Assembly (NCBI RefSeq): GCF_036321535.1
Contig: NC_087436.1
Coordinates: 42,782,001 to 42,846,000 of the forward strand
DNA: 64,000 nucleotides
Source: Camelus dromedarius
Lineage: Eukaryota
Reading direction: 5' to 3'
In this document: positions 1 to 13,044 of the stretch, in pieces
Layout: every line of letters starts with the position of its first letter
Numbering within the stretch: position 1 is the first letter of the stretch
Position numbers and translations under genes: made by a program
Notes under the pieces: generated by a model
The model's database searches: none
The model's input: only the letters and a program-made list of their open reading frames with translations
Told to the model about the DNA's origin: nothing

Positions 1-130
1 AACTCAGTGGTAGAGTGCATGCCTAGCATGCACAGGTCCTGGTGAAGTTCAATCCCCAGTACTGCCATCAAAATAAACAAACAAACAAACAAACCTGATT
101 ACCTCCCCCAACCAAAAAAAAAAAAAAAAA
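1..130 (+). mobile_element. tRNA-derived SINE, camelid (Vic-1-like) type, 5' end cut by the window edge
   Basis: A-box-like ctcagtggtagagtgc, B-box-like gttcaatcccc, body gcatgcctagcatgcac, (aaac)n, acctgattacctccccc and a poly-A tail; matches my recollection of the camelid SINE. Confidence 0.85.
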
Positions 131-140
131 CCCCAAACCC

Positions 141-240
141 AGGAATAATAACCCTTGTTCTGTGTTGTCTCTTAGGGTTATTGTGAAAGTCAGATACTTG
201 AATATGAAAGCACTTGGCAAACTGGTAAAGCACCATACAC
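141..240 (+). mobile_element. MIR-family SINE, 3' part
   Basis: ggaataata...tagggttattgtgaaag...tgaaagcacttggcaaactggtaaagcac resembles the MIR core and 3' end. Confidence 0.6.
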
Positions 241-1024
241 TTTATTTATGTCTATAAATTATATATTGCGTATCACACAAGTTTTTTAAAGGCAGAATTT
301 TTAAATATAATATTCCCTATGTATTATTCTACCTTAGGCTCCTGTATACTATTGGTGTTGCAGTTTCTCTGATAGGCAGATAATTTCTTTGTGAGGTGTG
401 TGTGTGTTCTTAGGTTTTTTGGATCATTTTAGGAGTCTACTTTGTTAATTTGATGATTATGCATTATAACCTAGAAGTTTGTCATATAAGAATAAAAAAT
501 CCTGGCTCATTTTAGTTGATTTTTTTTTCTTCCCTGTTAGTTTTTTACACTTCCCTAAAACTGTTAGGAGTAAAATTGCTTTAAAAATTTTTTTTTTCTT
601 TTTTTGAAGCATTTTAAAGGAGGGAAGTAGAGTGTTCACATTTTATTCCTGTTTTCCCTTTGTGTTAACATGAATGCATATATTGCATTTAGAGAAGTAT
701 AAATGTGTTCACAGTAAAACTTGTTTTCCCATCAGCTTTTCAAATTTGTTGTATCTTGTTGATTATGAAAGTGCTGTCATTTTAATAACCAGTCTTTCTA
801 GACTGTCATCTAATTCTTGAAATGGTGAAGCTGCTTTGTCATTAATGCTAAGACCTCCCACTCTCTTACTGTCAATAGATAATAGTGAACAATTGAAACT
901 GTTTGATTTGCATACTCATTAAGTGACTTGTATTTATGCCATCTACCTGGAAAATTATTTTTGAGAAGGTTAAATCTAAGTGATAATCATAGGAATGAAA
1001 AAGAACAATTTTAAATAGCCTATT

Positions 1025-1072
1025 TTAGTCTATTCTGTAGTATATTCTAATTAGTCTATTCTGTAGTATATT
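1025..1072. repeat. Perfect 22-bp direct duplication, period 26
   Basis: ttagtctattctgtagtatatt at 1025-1046 and 1051-1072. Confidence 0.95.
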
Positions 1073-2379
1073 AGCATGTTGTAAAATATTCTATACATTT
1101 GTTACTTGTGCTTCAGTAGGTGGTTGTATGACCTTTCCTTCCAATTACCAACTCTGTATTCAAGCAAGTAAAAATCACCACACGATTCTCCATGCCCATA
1201 TAATGTATTTTAGAAAGAGCTAAGGAAAAAAGAAATAAGAAAGTTTAAACAACTGAGCTAAACTCTGGTAACCAACATCTAGAATAAGGCTTTTATTATT
1301 ACTCTTGAATTTCTGTGTTTCTTAGGAATTTTGTGTGCAAAGATTTTTATACCCTCAGCTGAAAGCTGAAACACATCAATTACCCTTATTTAAAAACAAA
1401 TTGTTAAACATGAGAATTCCAAACAAAATTCCAGTTCTTTCATTCTATTATAGGAGTCAGGTGAGAATCTTTCTGATATTTAAAATTGAAAGTTGTTTTT
1501 CCTTAAAATTTTTTGTCAGTTCTGTTGAAAGGCAGAATGAAAACTTGTTCTCATTTGTACATACTTGGCCTACTCTTTGGCTTACCAGTGGTTGAGTCAT
1601 GAACAAAGTAACTGTGTATGTATTTTAAAAGGCAGATGTCAAGTAATCACCTTATGAAAAGGCCCATTATAATTAGATGTGTGCATCACAGTTTACTCAT
1701 TAAGAAAATGCCATTTATATGATTTCATACTTTAAAAGCTACATGCTTCAGCAGAGCTTATATTTCTATATTTAAAAAGTGAAATGACCCTTCACTTTTA
1801 TGTAAAAACATGTTGAGCAACTCTTATCTTTTTCCTCTATCTCTTCTTTTAGAATGATAGTCAGGCTTTCAGTAGAGTGGCAGATTAACTTTTGGTAATT
1901 GCAACATTATGGGTATTTTATTTGAATTTGTGATTGTTGCCTGATCACTTACCTTTTCTTCTCTTTATTTGGGGATTTTTAACTTACTTAAAAGAAAAGT
2001 GACTGAAAAAAAGTAGAAATAAAACATGGTTCAGTTTAGCAATTAAAAAAGGATTTGTACTTCTGAGAACAGTTTTTTAAATCAGACCAGCATTTACTTA
2101 CTCTTTGATCTGTCATTTGTAGTGTTCATGCCTAGACATTTTAAAATTAACTAAAGAAAAAATGCTTATGAAGGAAAAAAGACATTGAGGACTGAGACTC
2201 CTTCCATAAATATAAGGCAACTGTTACTACAGGTACATGGGAGAGTTACAAAGATTTCCTTTGAAATTGTTCAGAAGCCTAATGAAATGATTCTTTTCTC
2301 AACACTGGTTTGCTGAGTAACCATGTCAGACAAGGACTTCACGTCCATCTCTGCCACTTTTCACGTACAAGTCCCACCA

Positions 2380-2685
2380 CCTGAAGCCCCCTCCTCCTCT
2401 CCCTTAGTCTGCCTCATACCTCCCTCTAAAACCTAACTCACACATTCTTCAGTGGGCAACTTCTTGGCAAATCTGTCTTTCATGGGCTCTTTTATTTTAC
2501 ATTCATTACATACTTATATTAATTTTTATCCTATGTTTATTTGAAATTATTTGGAAATGATGAACTAATTACTCGTACATCTTCTTCATTTGTACTGTGT
2601 AGCACTTCTTGTAGAAGTTGACTTCCTAATGTATTTTTTTTTTTATAACGCACTACATAGACAAGGTGCTTATGTTTTAAATGAT
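2380..2685 (+). mobile_element. Degraded L2 LINE 3' end
   Basis: Pyrimidine-rich body ending cactacatagacaaggtgcttatgttttaaatga, weakly like the L2 3' terminus. Confidence 0.4.
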
Positions 2686-3324
2686 TAGGCACGGACTCTT
2701 CAAGGAGGAGTCATAATGATGAATGAAAACTTAAATTGAGCTCTTTTCGTTTGAATGATATGTGAAAAGTCACATTTCAAAGATGGCCAAAGACAGATTG
2801 CTATAGGAAGAAATATTTTCAAGTCTTTAAAAAGGGATATATTAAATAGAGGCTCTAGAAGAACGAGCATTTCCTGCAAGCTGTTAACCTACCCTGTGGG
2901 TGTTGCTGAAATTTCCACTATGCATGTTGATACTATATCTATTTAGCTTATGTTCCTTCCCTTGTGTTAGGATCATGTCCTGTCATTACTGGGCAGAGGG
3001 CAGGATGGGGGAGTTTTAAAGGTTTTCTAGTTCAAAAGTTGCTATATTTTCGGCCCAGGGCCCTTGTCATTGAACTTCTCCTAGAGGGCCTTGTGTTCAT
3101 GTATGCTGATTCACGTACGTGGAAATATGTGGACTGCCATGCAGTGACAGCATTGTGAATCAATGCTATTTTGATAAAGGCAAGTTAATTTAAAAGTTTT
3201 ACTGAATTCAGAAAAGCTCAACCAAAAATACTGAAAATGCCATCACTGCCATGTCGTAGCAGGTGTTGACGTTGAAAGGGGGTGCTGATGCCCCAAGAGT
3301 GTAGGCATTACTGCTGGAGTCCAG

Positions 3325-3430
3325 TTGCCTAATTTAAAAAATGAGGAAATTGGACCCAAGAAAGTGAAATGACCCATCCAACATTACAGCACAGAGTATC
3401 AGAGTTAAGATTAGACCACAGCTCTGGTGT
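3325..3430 (-). mobile_element. MIR fragment
   Basis: aaatgaggaaattggacccaagaaagtgaaatgacccatccaacattacagc corresponds to the reverse MIR core. Confidence 0.6.
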
Positions 3431-4894
3431 CCTATGGCTCTGTAATATTTCTCTGTAGAGCTCTGAACTTAGCAAAGGGGACTGGAATTTGTCGGAGTGA
3501 GGGGTATAAGGAGCAGTAACTTTTTCTTAGGTTACTTTTAATAGTTTGAACTGTTTTTTTCTTTGTTTGTTTTTTTACCATTAGGGAATAAAAGGCAAGG
3601 AATGACTTGACTAGCGAAGGTAATGTTATATAGTGCTTATGGGGATTGTTTCTATTACGCTGTTAATTTTTGATTCCTTAGAAACTCATTAATCATAGCA
3701 GAGTCATCATTTTGATAGTACTCAAACTTTTTGAAATAATTTTTATAATTATAATTTTATATCTTTATGAAGTCTGAGAAACGATTAGGGAAGGTTTGGT
3801 GAGCCCTCTTTAAGACCTGGGAATGCTGATAAACAGAATTTAAGTGAATGGCCTGTGGTCATGAATTTCTTAGTCTTTGACTCTAGGTCTCTTAACCTTC
3901 AGTTTTATTTTCTGTCCATTGTCTGTGTTTTACTTTAATGGCATGTTTTTGCTTTCCTGTGTTCTTCTAGTGAGGGAGCAGATTTATGGTGAAGAAGTGA
4001 AATGCTAGGCAGTCTATTTGGCTTTTTGTAGCACTTTTTGAAAAAAAATCAGTTGGTGAATGGATTGAAATTGATGACAACATCTAAGGGTTATATGTGT
4101 TGCGTTTTCTAAGTCAGTGATTGGAAATATGTGGTACCACAGTAAGTGCTAAAAGGGTGACTTTCTGATCAGACTTTACCAGTTCAGCGGTATAACTGTC
4201 ATGTAAGTTGACAAGAGGTGTAAATGTGGTGCTTACATACTGTGTGTACACATGATGTAAGAATAAACAAGATTAGAAGAAGTGCAGTCACGCAGTCACT
4301 CTGCAGATATGGATCAAGTCATTGAGTTGAATCAACGACCAAGTAGAAGAAGTTGCTATGAGGAAAGTGACTTAAATAGTGACACTTTCAATCATTTCTA
4401 AAGCCCGGGGAAGGAATAAATAAGGCCCAGAATTCCATGAATTCCAGTAAAGGAATGCAAAAGGGATCTCAACTATAGGCCTGGCTGTGTTAATAATATA
4501 ACAGTTTTGGTCCCTGTGTAGCTGGGCCCTTGATGAACCTATTGAAGGTAAAAGTTTCTCTGCAATATGTGTTTGTAGTTTGCTGGATGAAGTCTCTATA
4601 GCAAATGAAATAGTGTTTATGGCCAGTATCACTCATGAGTATCTTAGTGTGAAATATCTCTAAGAAATAGGAAGTACTTTCTGCCATTTACATGAAATTA
4701 TTTGAGGAGATTTTGTATCATTATTGCCCTCATAATTTTAATTCGATTTGTCGGTTAGAACAAGCTACTCCTCAGACAAAAGACATGAGAATAAGAAGTG
4801 AACAGAACCGGAAAAAGTTGACAATGATATGTTGCTGAAATGAATTTGCTATTAATACTAACTGAGAAGTTAAAGAAATAGTCACCCTTGGGGA

Positions 4895-5570
4895 TTCATT
4901 AATTAATATAACAACTCTGTATTGAGCACTTACAATCTGCTAGAGACAGGCTGCTGGGTGACAGTGAGAGTTTCTGTCTTCATGAAGCTTATAGTCTAGT
5001 GGTAAGAGATGGACAGACCACAAACACGGATGTAAGTTGTGTGCAGGAGTTAGTAAATGCTATCAAGTTAATGTAATAGAAGCTGATCCCGGAAGGCCAA
5101 TTTTACTTAGGGTGGCCAGGAAAGGTTTCTCTGAGGATGAGACATTTGAGTGGAGGCTTAAGGGCAGAAGAGAAGCTGGGCAGGAGCATGTGAGGCATAA
5201 GGAATGGCAAGTGAAAAAGCCAGGAGATGAGACCGGATTTGGCATGCTGGAATGGCACAAAGAGCCAGTGGGAGTTCACATGCAGTTTGTGAGGGTGGAG
5301 GGGACTGACCGAAGTTGGATGGCTTAGAAAAAGTTACATCATGGAGGGTCTTGTGGGCTGTGGCAACAAATGTGGATTTTATTTTGAGAGCATTGCTTAG
5401 CCATTGAAATAACTTAAGCAGAGGCATGACATGATCTAAATTGTGTTTATAAAACAATCACTCTGGCTTCCCTAAGGTAGCAGATTGAGGAAAGTTCCAA
5501 GAATAGAAGCTATGAGACTAGTTAAGAGGCTATTGAAATAGTACAGGGAAGGGATGATAATGACTTGAAT
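4895..5570 (-). mobile_element. L2 LINE 3' portion
   Basis: tattgagcacttac, tcatgaagcttatagtctagtgg, ggaaaggtttctctgagga, aagcagaggcatgacatgatc, atcactctggct and tagttaagaggctattg occur in L2 reverse-consensus order. Confidence 0.9.
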
Positions 5571-5829
5571 GCAGGTTTGGGGGTTTTTGTTTTGTTTTGT
5601 CTATAATCCACAGTCATTATAGCTGCAAATTCAATCCTGTGTTTTTCCATTGTCCATTTTAAAGCAATTTTAAAATAATCACAGTTTTTTAATCGAAACT
5701 ACAATACCATAAGAGGCTTTTTGTTGTAACTTACTGTGGCAAGAAATGAGTTTTAGGTGGAAAATTGTGTATGCATTTACCTATGATTGTATTAGGCATG
5801 TTCTTTGGAAAGCTCTGATTAATAATGAA

Positions 5830-6075
5830 TGAATAGTAACAGTGCAGGTTTTTTTTGAGCTGACTCTTATTTCATGCACTGCATTAAGTGCTTTTAAATC
5901 CACTATCTCATTTAATCTTCACAATAATCCTATGATGGATGTAAGTGCTTTTATTATCTGCATATTAAAAATAAGGAACCCAAGAGAATGAGAAATTAAG
6001 GAACTTTCTTAAGGTCATACAGAGAAGAAATGGCACAATTGAAATTTGAACCTAGTTCTCTCTCATACCACAGTT
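5830..6075 (-). mobile_element. MIR, near full length
   Basis: atctcatttaatcttcacaataatcctatga...aaggtcatacag...atttgaacctag. Confidence 0.85.
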
Positions 6076-6094
6076 ACTTTTTAAAGTAGCATAC

Positions 6095-7620
6095 CTTTTA
6101 AGAAACAATTTATACATAGTAAAATGTACAGATCATAAGTGTATATAATTCGATGAATTTTGACCACTGCCTCAAACGAAATAAAGAATATTTCTGTCAC
6201 TGTGTAATGTTTAAGTCCCTTTCTGATCAGTTCCCAACTCGACAACTACTTTCTGGCTTCTTACACCATATATAATTTTTGCCTCTTCTTGGACTTCATG
6301 TGAATGAAACATGACACTACATATAGTCTTTTGCGTCTGGCTTCTTTCACGCAACGTAACATTTTGGAGACTCATCTGTGCTGTTGCTTGTTGCTTAATC
6401 TTTCTTATTCCCACAGAATAGTAATTCATTATATAAATATATCACATCAGTGTATTTTCTTGTTTAGGGACATTTCAATTGTCTCTAGTTCTTTGCTATT
6501 TTATGAATAAAACTTTTGTGAGCATTCATGCACAAGAATATGTTTTCATTTCTCTTGTGTAAATACTTAGGAGTAGAATTGCTGGATTATAAGGTAAGAT
6601 GTATATTTACCTTTTTAAGAAGCTGCCAAACAGTTCTCTAGAATGGTTGTACCATTTACTTTCCCACCAACAGTCTATGAAAATTTCGGTTGCTGGACAT
6701 CCTCCATACCAACATTTGGTATTGCAGTGTTTTTATTTTAGCCTTTCTAGTAGTGTGAAGTCGTATTTTGTAGGTTTACTTTGCATTTCTCCAGTGATTA
6801 ATGATATTATGTACCTTTTAATGTATTTATTGGCCATTTGTTTATCTTTTTTGTCCTTTACAATTTTTTGGATTATTTTTTTTTTCAGATTTGTAGGGTT
6901 TCTTTATAAAATCTAGGCATGGATTATGTGTACTGTAATATCTTCTTCCAAATTGTAATTTCCCTATTCATTTTCTTACAGTCTTTTGATGAGCAGGAAT
7001 GTTTAATATTGATGGAAGTCCAATTTATCAGTTTTGTCTTTCATAGTTACTGCTTTGTGTCCTAAGAAATCTTTGCTTGCTTCACAATCATGAAGATTTT
7101 CTCTTGTGTTTTCTTCTAAAAGATTTATTTTAGCTTAGAATTCAGTCTTTCATCTGTTTAAAATTTTGTTTTTGTATATGGTATGAGGTAAAGGGCAAGG
7201 TTCATCTTTTTCATGTTTGTTTCATTGTTCCATCTTCTTTGTTGAAAAAACTTTGTTTTCCTCACTGAATTGCTTTAGTGCCTTTGTCCAGTCAATTGAC
7301 TGTATATGTGCAGGTCAGTTTCTAGACACTAGTATGATTCATTTGTCTATCTTTATGCCAATACCACAATGTCTTGTTTATAGTGTAATTAGATAGTGTA
7401 TGTTGTCTAATTTTGTTCTTTTTCAAACTAGTTTTATCTATCCTAGATTCTCTTATTTTCATATAATTTTTAGAAATGGTTTTTCAATTTCTTATAAAAA
7501 TAACCTGCTAGGATTTTTGTTTGAATGGCATTGAACCTACAGATTAATTTTGTGAGAATGGACCTAGTAACGTTGAATCTCCCAGTCTGCATACATGATT
7601 TTATGTCTCCCTTTATTTCA
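6095..7620 (-). mobile_element. Old L1 (L1ME/L1MD-class), 3' UTR plus ORF2 remnant
   Basis: 3' end atacatagtaaaatgtacagatc..., taggagtagaattgctgg, ttcccaccaacagt, ttggccatttgtttatc, tgccaataccaca; minus-strand relic LRERSQTQK. Confidence 0.9.
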
Positions 7621-8109
7621 TAATCCAGACTGTATGATCACTAAGCTCTAGCAAGCATAGGGATTTCTCTTTAAAGTCTGTTAAAAACCAATGCTTAGAA
7701 CATACATTTCATGTTAGAAGAGGCTCTCTCATAAAAGTGAGTGAGCCATTCTTCATTACATTGTAAGGAATAGTTAAAAATTCATTGTGTATTTGGTTCT
7801 GAAGAAACATTGCTTTCTGAAAAAAAAGTGTTTTGACTACTAATATATGTTCTGTGCTAAGTATGGTCTCTCATGGTTTAATTCAATTACCTAATAAGCT
7901 AGTTTGTGATAAGTAGTATTTTCATAAAATAGTGTATATTGACAATCAATTTTATGTAGAGGCAATCAGAAAATCTCTCGAAGTAACTCTAAGTCTAGGA
8001 GAAATACTTTTGCTTTATAAATACAATGAAACTAATGAAAATAATAGCTTTGGGGATTTGAGTATGCCAGTGGTAATAAACAGTAATTCAGAGCAGTCAC
8101 CTTTCAGTA

Positions 8110-8225
8110 TATAATATTGGAGGAGTAACATAATTTGTATCTCACAGGGTTACTGAGAGGATTAGAGCAGGAAATATATGTTAGTACTGAACACATGGCT
8201 GGGCATAAGGTAAACTTTCAATAAA
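8110..8225 (+). mobile_element. MIR 3' half
   Basis: tctcacagggttactgagaggattaga...aacacatggctgggcata...tcaataaa. Confidence 0.7.
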
Positions 8226-10319
8226 CTTCTATCTCTTTATCTGCATCTTGATCCAGAACAAGTTCTGGGTTCAGGTGTTCAACCTGTATAATCTCCTGGG
8301 CTTTTGCTTTAGAATGCTGTCATAGATCTCAGTGTTCAGACTCTTTGTGAAAGTGCTGTTTTTCTCAAATATTAATCTGATTTTGAATCCTACCTCCTAG
8401 TCAAGTAAACAATACATACGTACATAATCAATGTCCATCTTACTTAAAGGATTTTTTTTTTCTTTTCCTTGACTAGAAACTGTAGCTAAAGTAGAAGAAT
8501 GAAATGCCATACATTTTCTTCTGTATCCAGTGGTAGTGGTTAATTTATGGACCCATGGCATTTGTTATTATCTTAACATTAATATATGTATTGTTTTTGA
8601 CTTTTAACTCCTACATTGTAGTTGGGTATTACCATATTAGTTATGTGAGATATTACACCATCCTCTCATGGTGTCGTTTGGAATATGTGGCTAATTGGTA
8701 TAAATTGTTATCCTTCTACAGACATAAGAGACTGTTTCAATCTAGATGTTAGCTATCAGTACAAGTCAGAGATGGAAATAAGGAGGCTGGAAAGGAGAAA
8801 AGAATGCATGGGAATGTAGTTTAATGCTTTTTGTCTCATGCTTAAGCTAACAAGTGGTTAGTAAGGAGATGATTTAAATATTTATGATAAATAGAATTTT
8901 ATTCCAAATACTTTGCTTAACATTATGCATTTTCATTAGATTCAGACTTTTGGGTCTTTTTTCCCCTTCTGTGTCTAAGATTTGAATGTGTGTCTGTGGG
9001 TTTTGAATTTATTTCTATATCTTTAAATATACTTATGCATATTTAAGTAACAGGATTAAATAAGGCCTCTCTTCTTTGGCCATGTGCCAAGAAACCCAGA
9101 GAATATTTACTTCCAAATTCTGTTATGATGTCTAAGTTAAATAAGTGTATGTCACATGGTTCTAAGTTGGAAAGATAGATACCTAGGAACCCAGAGATCC
9201 TGTTTGGTTTGAAATACTGTTTCACAGTCAGAGTATTTCACTTGCAACACACACTGCCTTTTTTTTTTTTCCCCTTAAGGTAAATTTGAGGTGGCCGACA
9301 GGGGTGATGTTTCCTATATCTAGAACAGTTAGCGAGTGTTAGAAGTGTTCATGGTTTCCAGAGGCTCTGATGAGGACTTATTTGGAAAAACATGTAAGTC
9401 TAGATGCTGAACATCTTTTAAACAAATATTTTCATGAAATCTAACATGCCTATTGAAATACTGAACATTCCATTTGAACTCACTTATCCTGTTGAGTGGG
9501 TTTTCTTATTTTAAGCATAGGAAGCATAGTTTAATTTTAACTTTTGTAGTTTTAAGTGTTAAGACTTTAAGAAAAATTGATACAAATAAATCAGATAAAA
9601 ATCAAATTCATTAGGATTTATATACTGAAAGCCAGATGTGATGGTTCAAGCTTATGGAAAATGTGTAACTTTAGGTATTTTTGAGGAAGATGTTCTAAAT
9701 GAATTGCTGCCTAGCATGCTTAACATGTTAGGCTTTGGCATTAAAATAATTGCATTTTAAAAATGAGCAGTAGTCAACTTTTCACATTATTACACCTTTG
9801 AGAAAAAGAATTTGTCAAGATGATTGTCCAACATTTCTACCATATAAAATTAACTGATTAAATATTGATCAACTAATCACCCCATCCCCAAATGGAAAGT
9901 AAAGAAAAGGATATATGTATGTATATATAGGTGTGGTGAGCCTATATGTTTGTATGTATTATTAAAATTGCTTTGAAATACAGTAAGTGTTCAAAATATT
10001 CAAGTCTTAAGAAGTAACATTTTGATCATTAAAAAATTGCTTGTGTTCTCTGTGTCAGAAACAAAAGAATGGAGTGTGTAATCTGAAAATGTGCTAATGT
10101 TAATAATATCTGAGAAAAAACTCAGAGGACTGAGTAAAATTTTCTTTAAAGTGTTAGGATTCATTTTATTAATATAAATTGTGAGGAAATATAGAAAATT
10201 CTGGGAGTATAGTGTATGATGATATTGCAATAAGGCAGTTTTTTAGTTTTAAAACTTTTCTTTGTGTTCATATGTTGAATGTTTATCCATCTATCAAGTC
10301 ATCCATCCATTCATCCACT

Positions 10320-11965
10320 TTATTTTTTTAGAACAGTTTTAGGCTCCTAGCATAAGTGCAGAGATTTCTTGTATACTTCTTGCCCTTACACATACATCCT
10401 CATCAACTATGAACATCCCACACCAGAGTGGGACATCTGTTATAACTAATGAACCTACACTGATGCACTGTAGTCACCCAAAGTCCATAGTTCACCTTAG
10501 GGTTCACTCTTGGTGTTATGTATTCTATGGGTTTTGACAAGTGAATAATGACGCATATCCATCTTTATGGTACCATATAGAATAACTCCATTGCCCTAAA
10601 AAATCCTCTGTGCTCTGCTTCTTCATTTCTCCTCTCCCCAAACCCTAGAAACCACTGATCTCTATGCTGTCTCCGTAGTTTACCTTTTGCAGATTGTCTA
10701 AAGTTGGAATCATGTAGTATGTAGCCTTTTCAGATTGGCTTCTTTAACTTAGCAATATGTATTTAAGTTTACTCCACGTCTTTTAATGGCTTGATAGTTC
10801 ATTTCTTTCTAGCATTGAATAATATTCCATTCTCTGGATGAACCATAGTTTATCCATTCACCTACTGAAGGACATCTTGATTGCTTCCAAATTTTGGCAA
10901 TTATCAACAAAGTTGCTATAAAATCTGTGTGCAGGTTTTTGTGTAGACATGTATTTTCAACTCATTTGGATAAATAAGGAGTACAGTTGCTGGATCATAT
11001 GGCAAGTAGTATGCTTATTTTTGTGAGAAACCACCAAACTAACTTCCAAAGCAGCAGTACTATTTTGTATTCCCACCAGCAGTGAATGAGAGTTCCTGTT
11101 GCTTCACATCCTTACCAGCATTTAGTGTTTGGTTTGACTGTCTAATAGGTGTGTGGTGGTATTTCATTGTTGTTTTAATTTGCAATTCACTAATTATATC
11201 AGATGTGAGGTATCTTTTCATGTTTGCTATCTGTGTATCTTGGTGAGATGTCTGTTCAGATCTTTGGCACATTTTAAAATAGGATGGTTCATTTTCTTAT
11301 TGTTGAATTGTAAGAGTTCTTGGTATATTTTGGATAATAAGCATGTGTATCTTTTGTAAATATTTTCTTTCAGCCTGTGTCTTATCTTCTCATTCTTCTA
11401 ACAGTTTCTTTCATAGAACTAAAGTTATAACTTTAATGAAGTTCAGCTTAATAGTTATTGCTTTCATGTGTCATGCCTTTGGTATTGTGTCTAAAAAGTC
11501 ATTGCCATATCCAAGATGATCTAGACTTTTCTCACGTTATCTTCTAGTTTTATAGTTGTGACTTTTATATTTGGACCTGTGATCCACTCTGAGTTAATTT
11601 TTGTGTAGGGCATAAAATCTGTGTCTACATTTTTTTTGGCATGTGGATATCCAGTTGTTCGCCATTTTTTGAAGAGATTATCTTTTCTCCATTGTATTTA
11701 TCAAAGATCTGTTGATTATGTTTATTCTGTTTATAGAGTCAGTTTCTAAGCTGTTATTCTGTTCCATTGATCTGTTTATCCATTCTTTCACCAATACCAA
11801 ACTCTTCTTTATAGTGAGTGTTGAAGTTAAGTAGTGTCAGTCCTTTGACTTGTTCTTGTCTGTCAGTATTGTGTTGGCTCTTCTGGACGTTTGGCCTTTC
11901 CAGACAAATGTCAGAATCAGTTTGTTGATAGTCACAAAATAACTTGCTGGGATTTTGATTGGGCA
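10320..11965 (-). mobile_element. L1MC1/2-like LINE-1, 5'-truncated
   Basis: Diagnostic 3' UTR caccagagtgg...tgaacctacac...cacccaaagtccatagttc...agggttcactcttggtgtt; ORF2 relics ELQIKTTMKYHHTPIR and GLTLLNFNTHYK. Confidence 0.9.
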
Positions 11966-11984
11966 TTTATTTTAATTTAAATTT

Positions 11985-12995
11985 TTTTTTTTAAATTTTC
12001 ATTGGGTTATAATTTAAATTGAGTTTACAGTGAAAGGAACATATATTAAATATACAGTTCAGTGAGTTATGGCCAATGTGTTCATCTTTGTAATTCAGAT
12101 CTCTGAAGCTATAGAACTTTGCCATCACTTACAGAAAGTTTCCTAGTGTCATTTCCCAGACTAGCCTTCCTGTGCCCTGCCTCCCACTGAGCCAACCACT
12201 GTTTTGATTGCTATTGCCATAGATTACTTCTCTTTTAGAACTTCATAACAATAGAATCACAGATTATTTTTGGCTGTTCTAGAAATTTACATAAGTGGAA
12301 TCATGCAGTACTCTTTTCATTCAACATAGTGTTTTTGAGATTCATCTGTGTTTCTGCAGTTACTAATTTATTCCTTTTATTGAAAAGTACTATTTTGTTA
12401 TTTAACTATGATACTTATTGATATATAAATATATATAACTTTATATCTATTTCTGTTTCCAGGTTTTGGACATTATAAACAAAACTATAAGGAACATTCT
12501 TATGCAAGTTTTTTTGTAGATTTATGTCTTTTGGGTAAATTTCTAAGAGCAGAATTTCTGGGTCCTGGATTTTTGTATCTTTGTAAGAAATTATGAGGTA
12601 GTTCTCCAAAGTTGTTGTACCATTTTACATCCCTATCACATTGTGTCAGAGTCCAGTTGCTCCACAATCCTAAACATTTGGTATTACCAGTTATGTCATT
12701 TTAGTGGGTGTGAAATTGTATCTCATTGTGGTTTTGATTTTTCATTTCTTTGATGCCTAATGGCATTACACATCTTTTCACGTGCTTATTGGTCATTTGT
12801 GTACCCTTTTTTGGTGAAGCATTTTTTCTTAATTTAATTTTAAATTAGCGTGTTCTGCTTTTTGCTCTTGACTTGTCAGAGTTCTTTATATGTTCTTGAT
12901 CAAAGTCTTTGATTAGATAAATGTAATGTGAATATTTTTTCCTAGTCTGTTCATTACTTGTTCATGTTCATGACTGTGTTTTGATGAACAGAAGG
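11985..12995 (-). mobile_element. Old L1 (L1ME-class) 3' fragment
   Basis: A second L1 3' end starting at a T-tract; ORF relic DPEILLLEIYPK; tatctcattgtggttttgattt. Confidence 0.8.
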
Positions 12996-13044
12996 GTTAA
13001 ACAAGGAATTTTTTTAAAGCCACAATTATTTTTGAAAACTGTGC

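Noticed and set aside
1..70. tRNA gene
   Set aside because: A/B boxes are followed by a SINE body and poly-A tail, with no intact cloverleaf.
9291..9310. CTCF-like motif tggccgacaggggtga (also aggtggcg near 52015)
   Set aside because: Several mismatches at core positions; within chance expectation.
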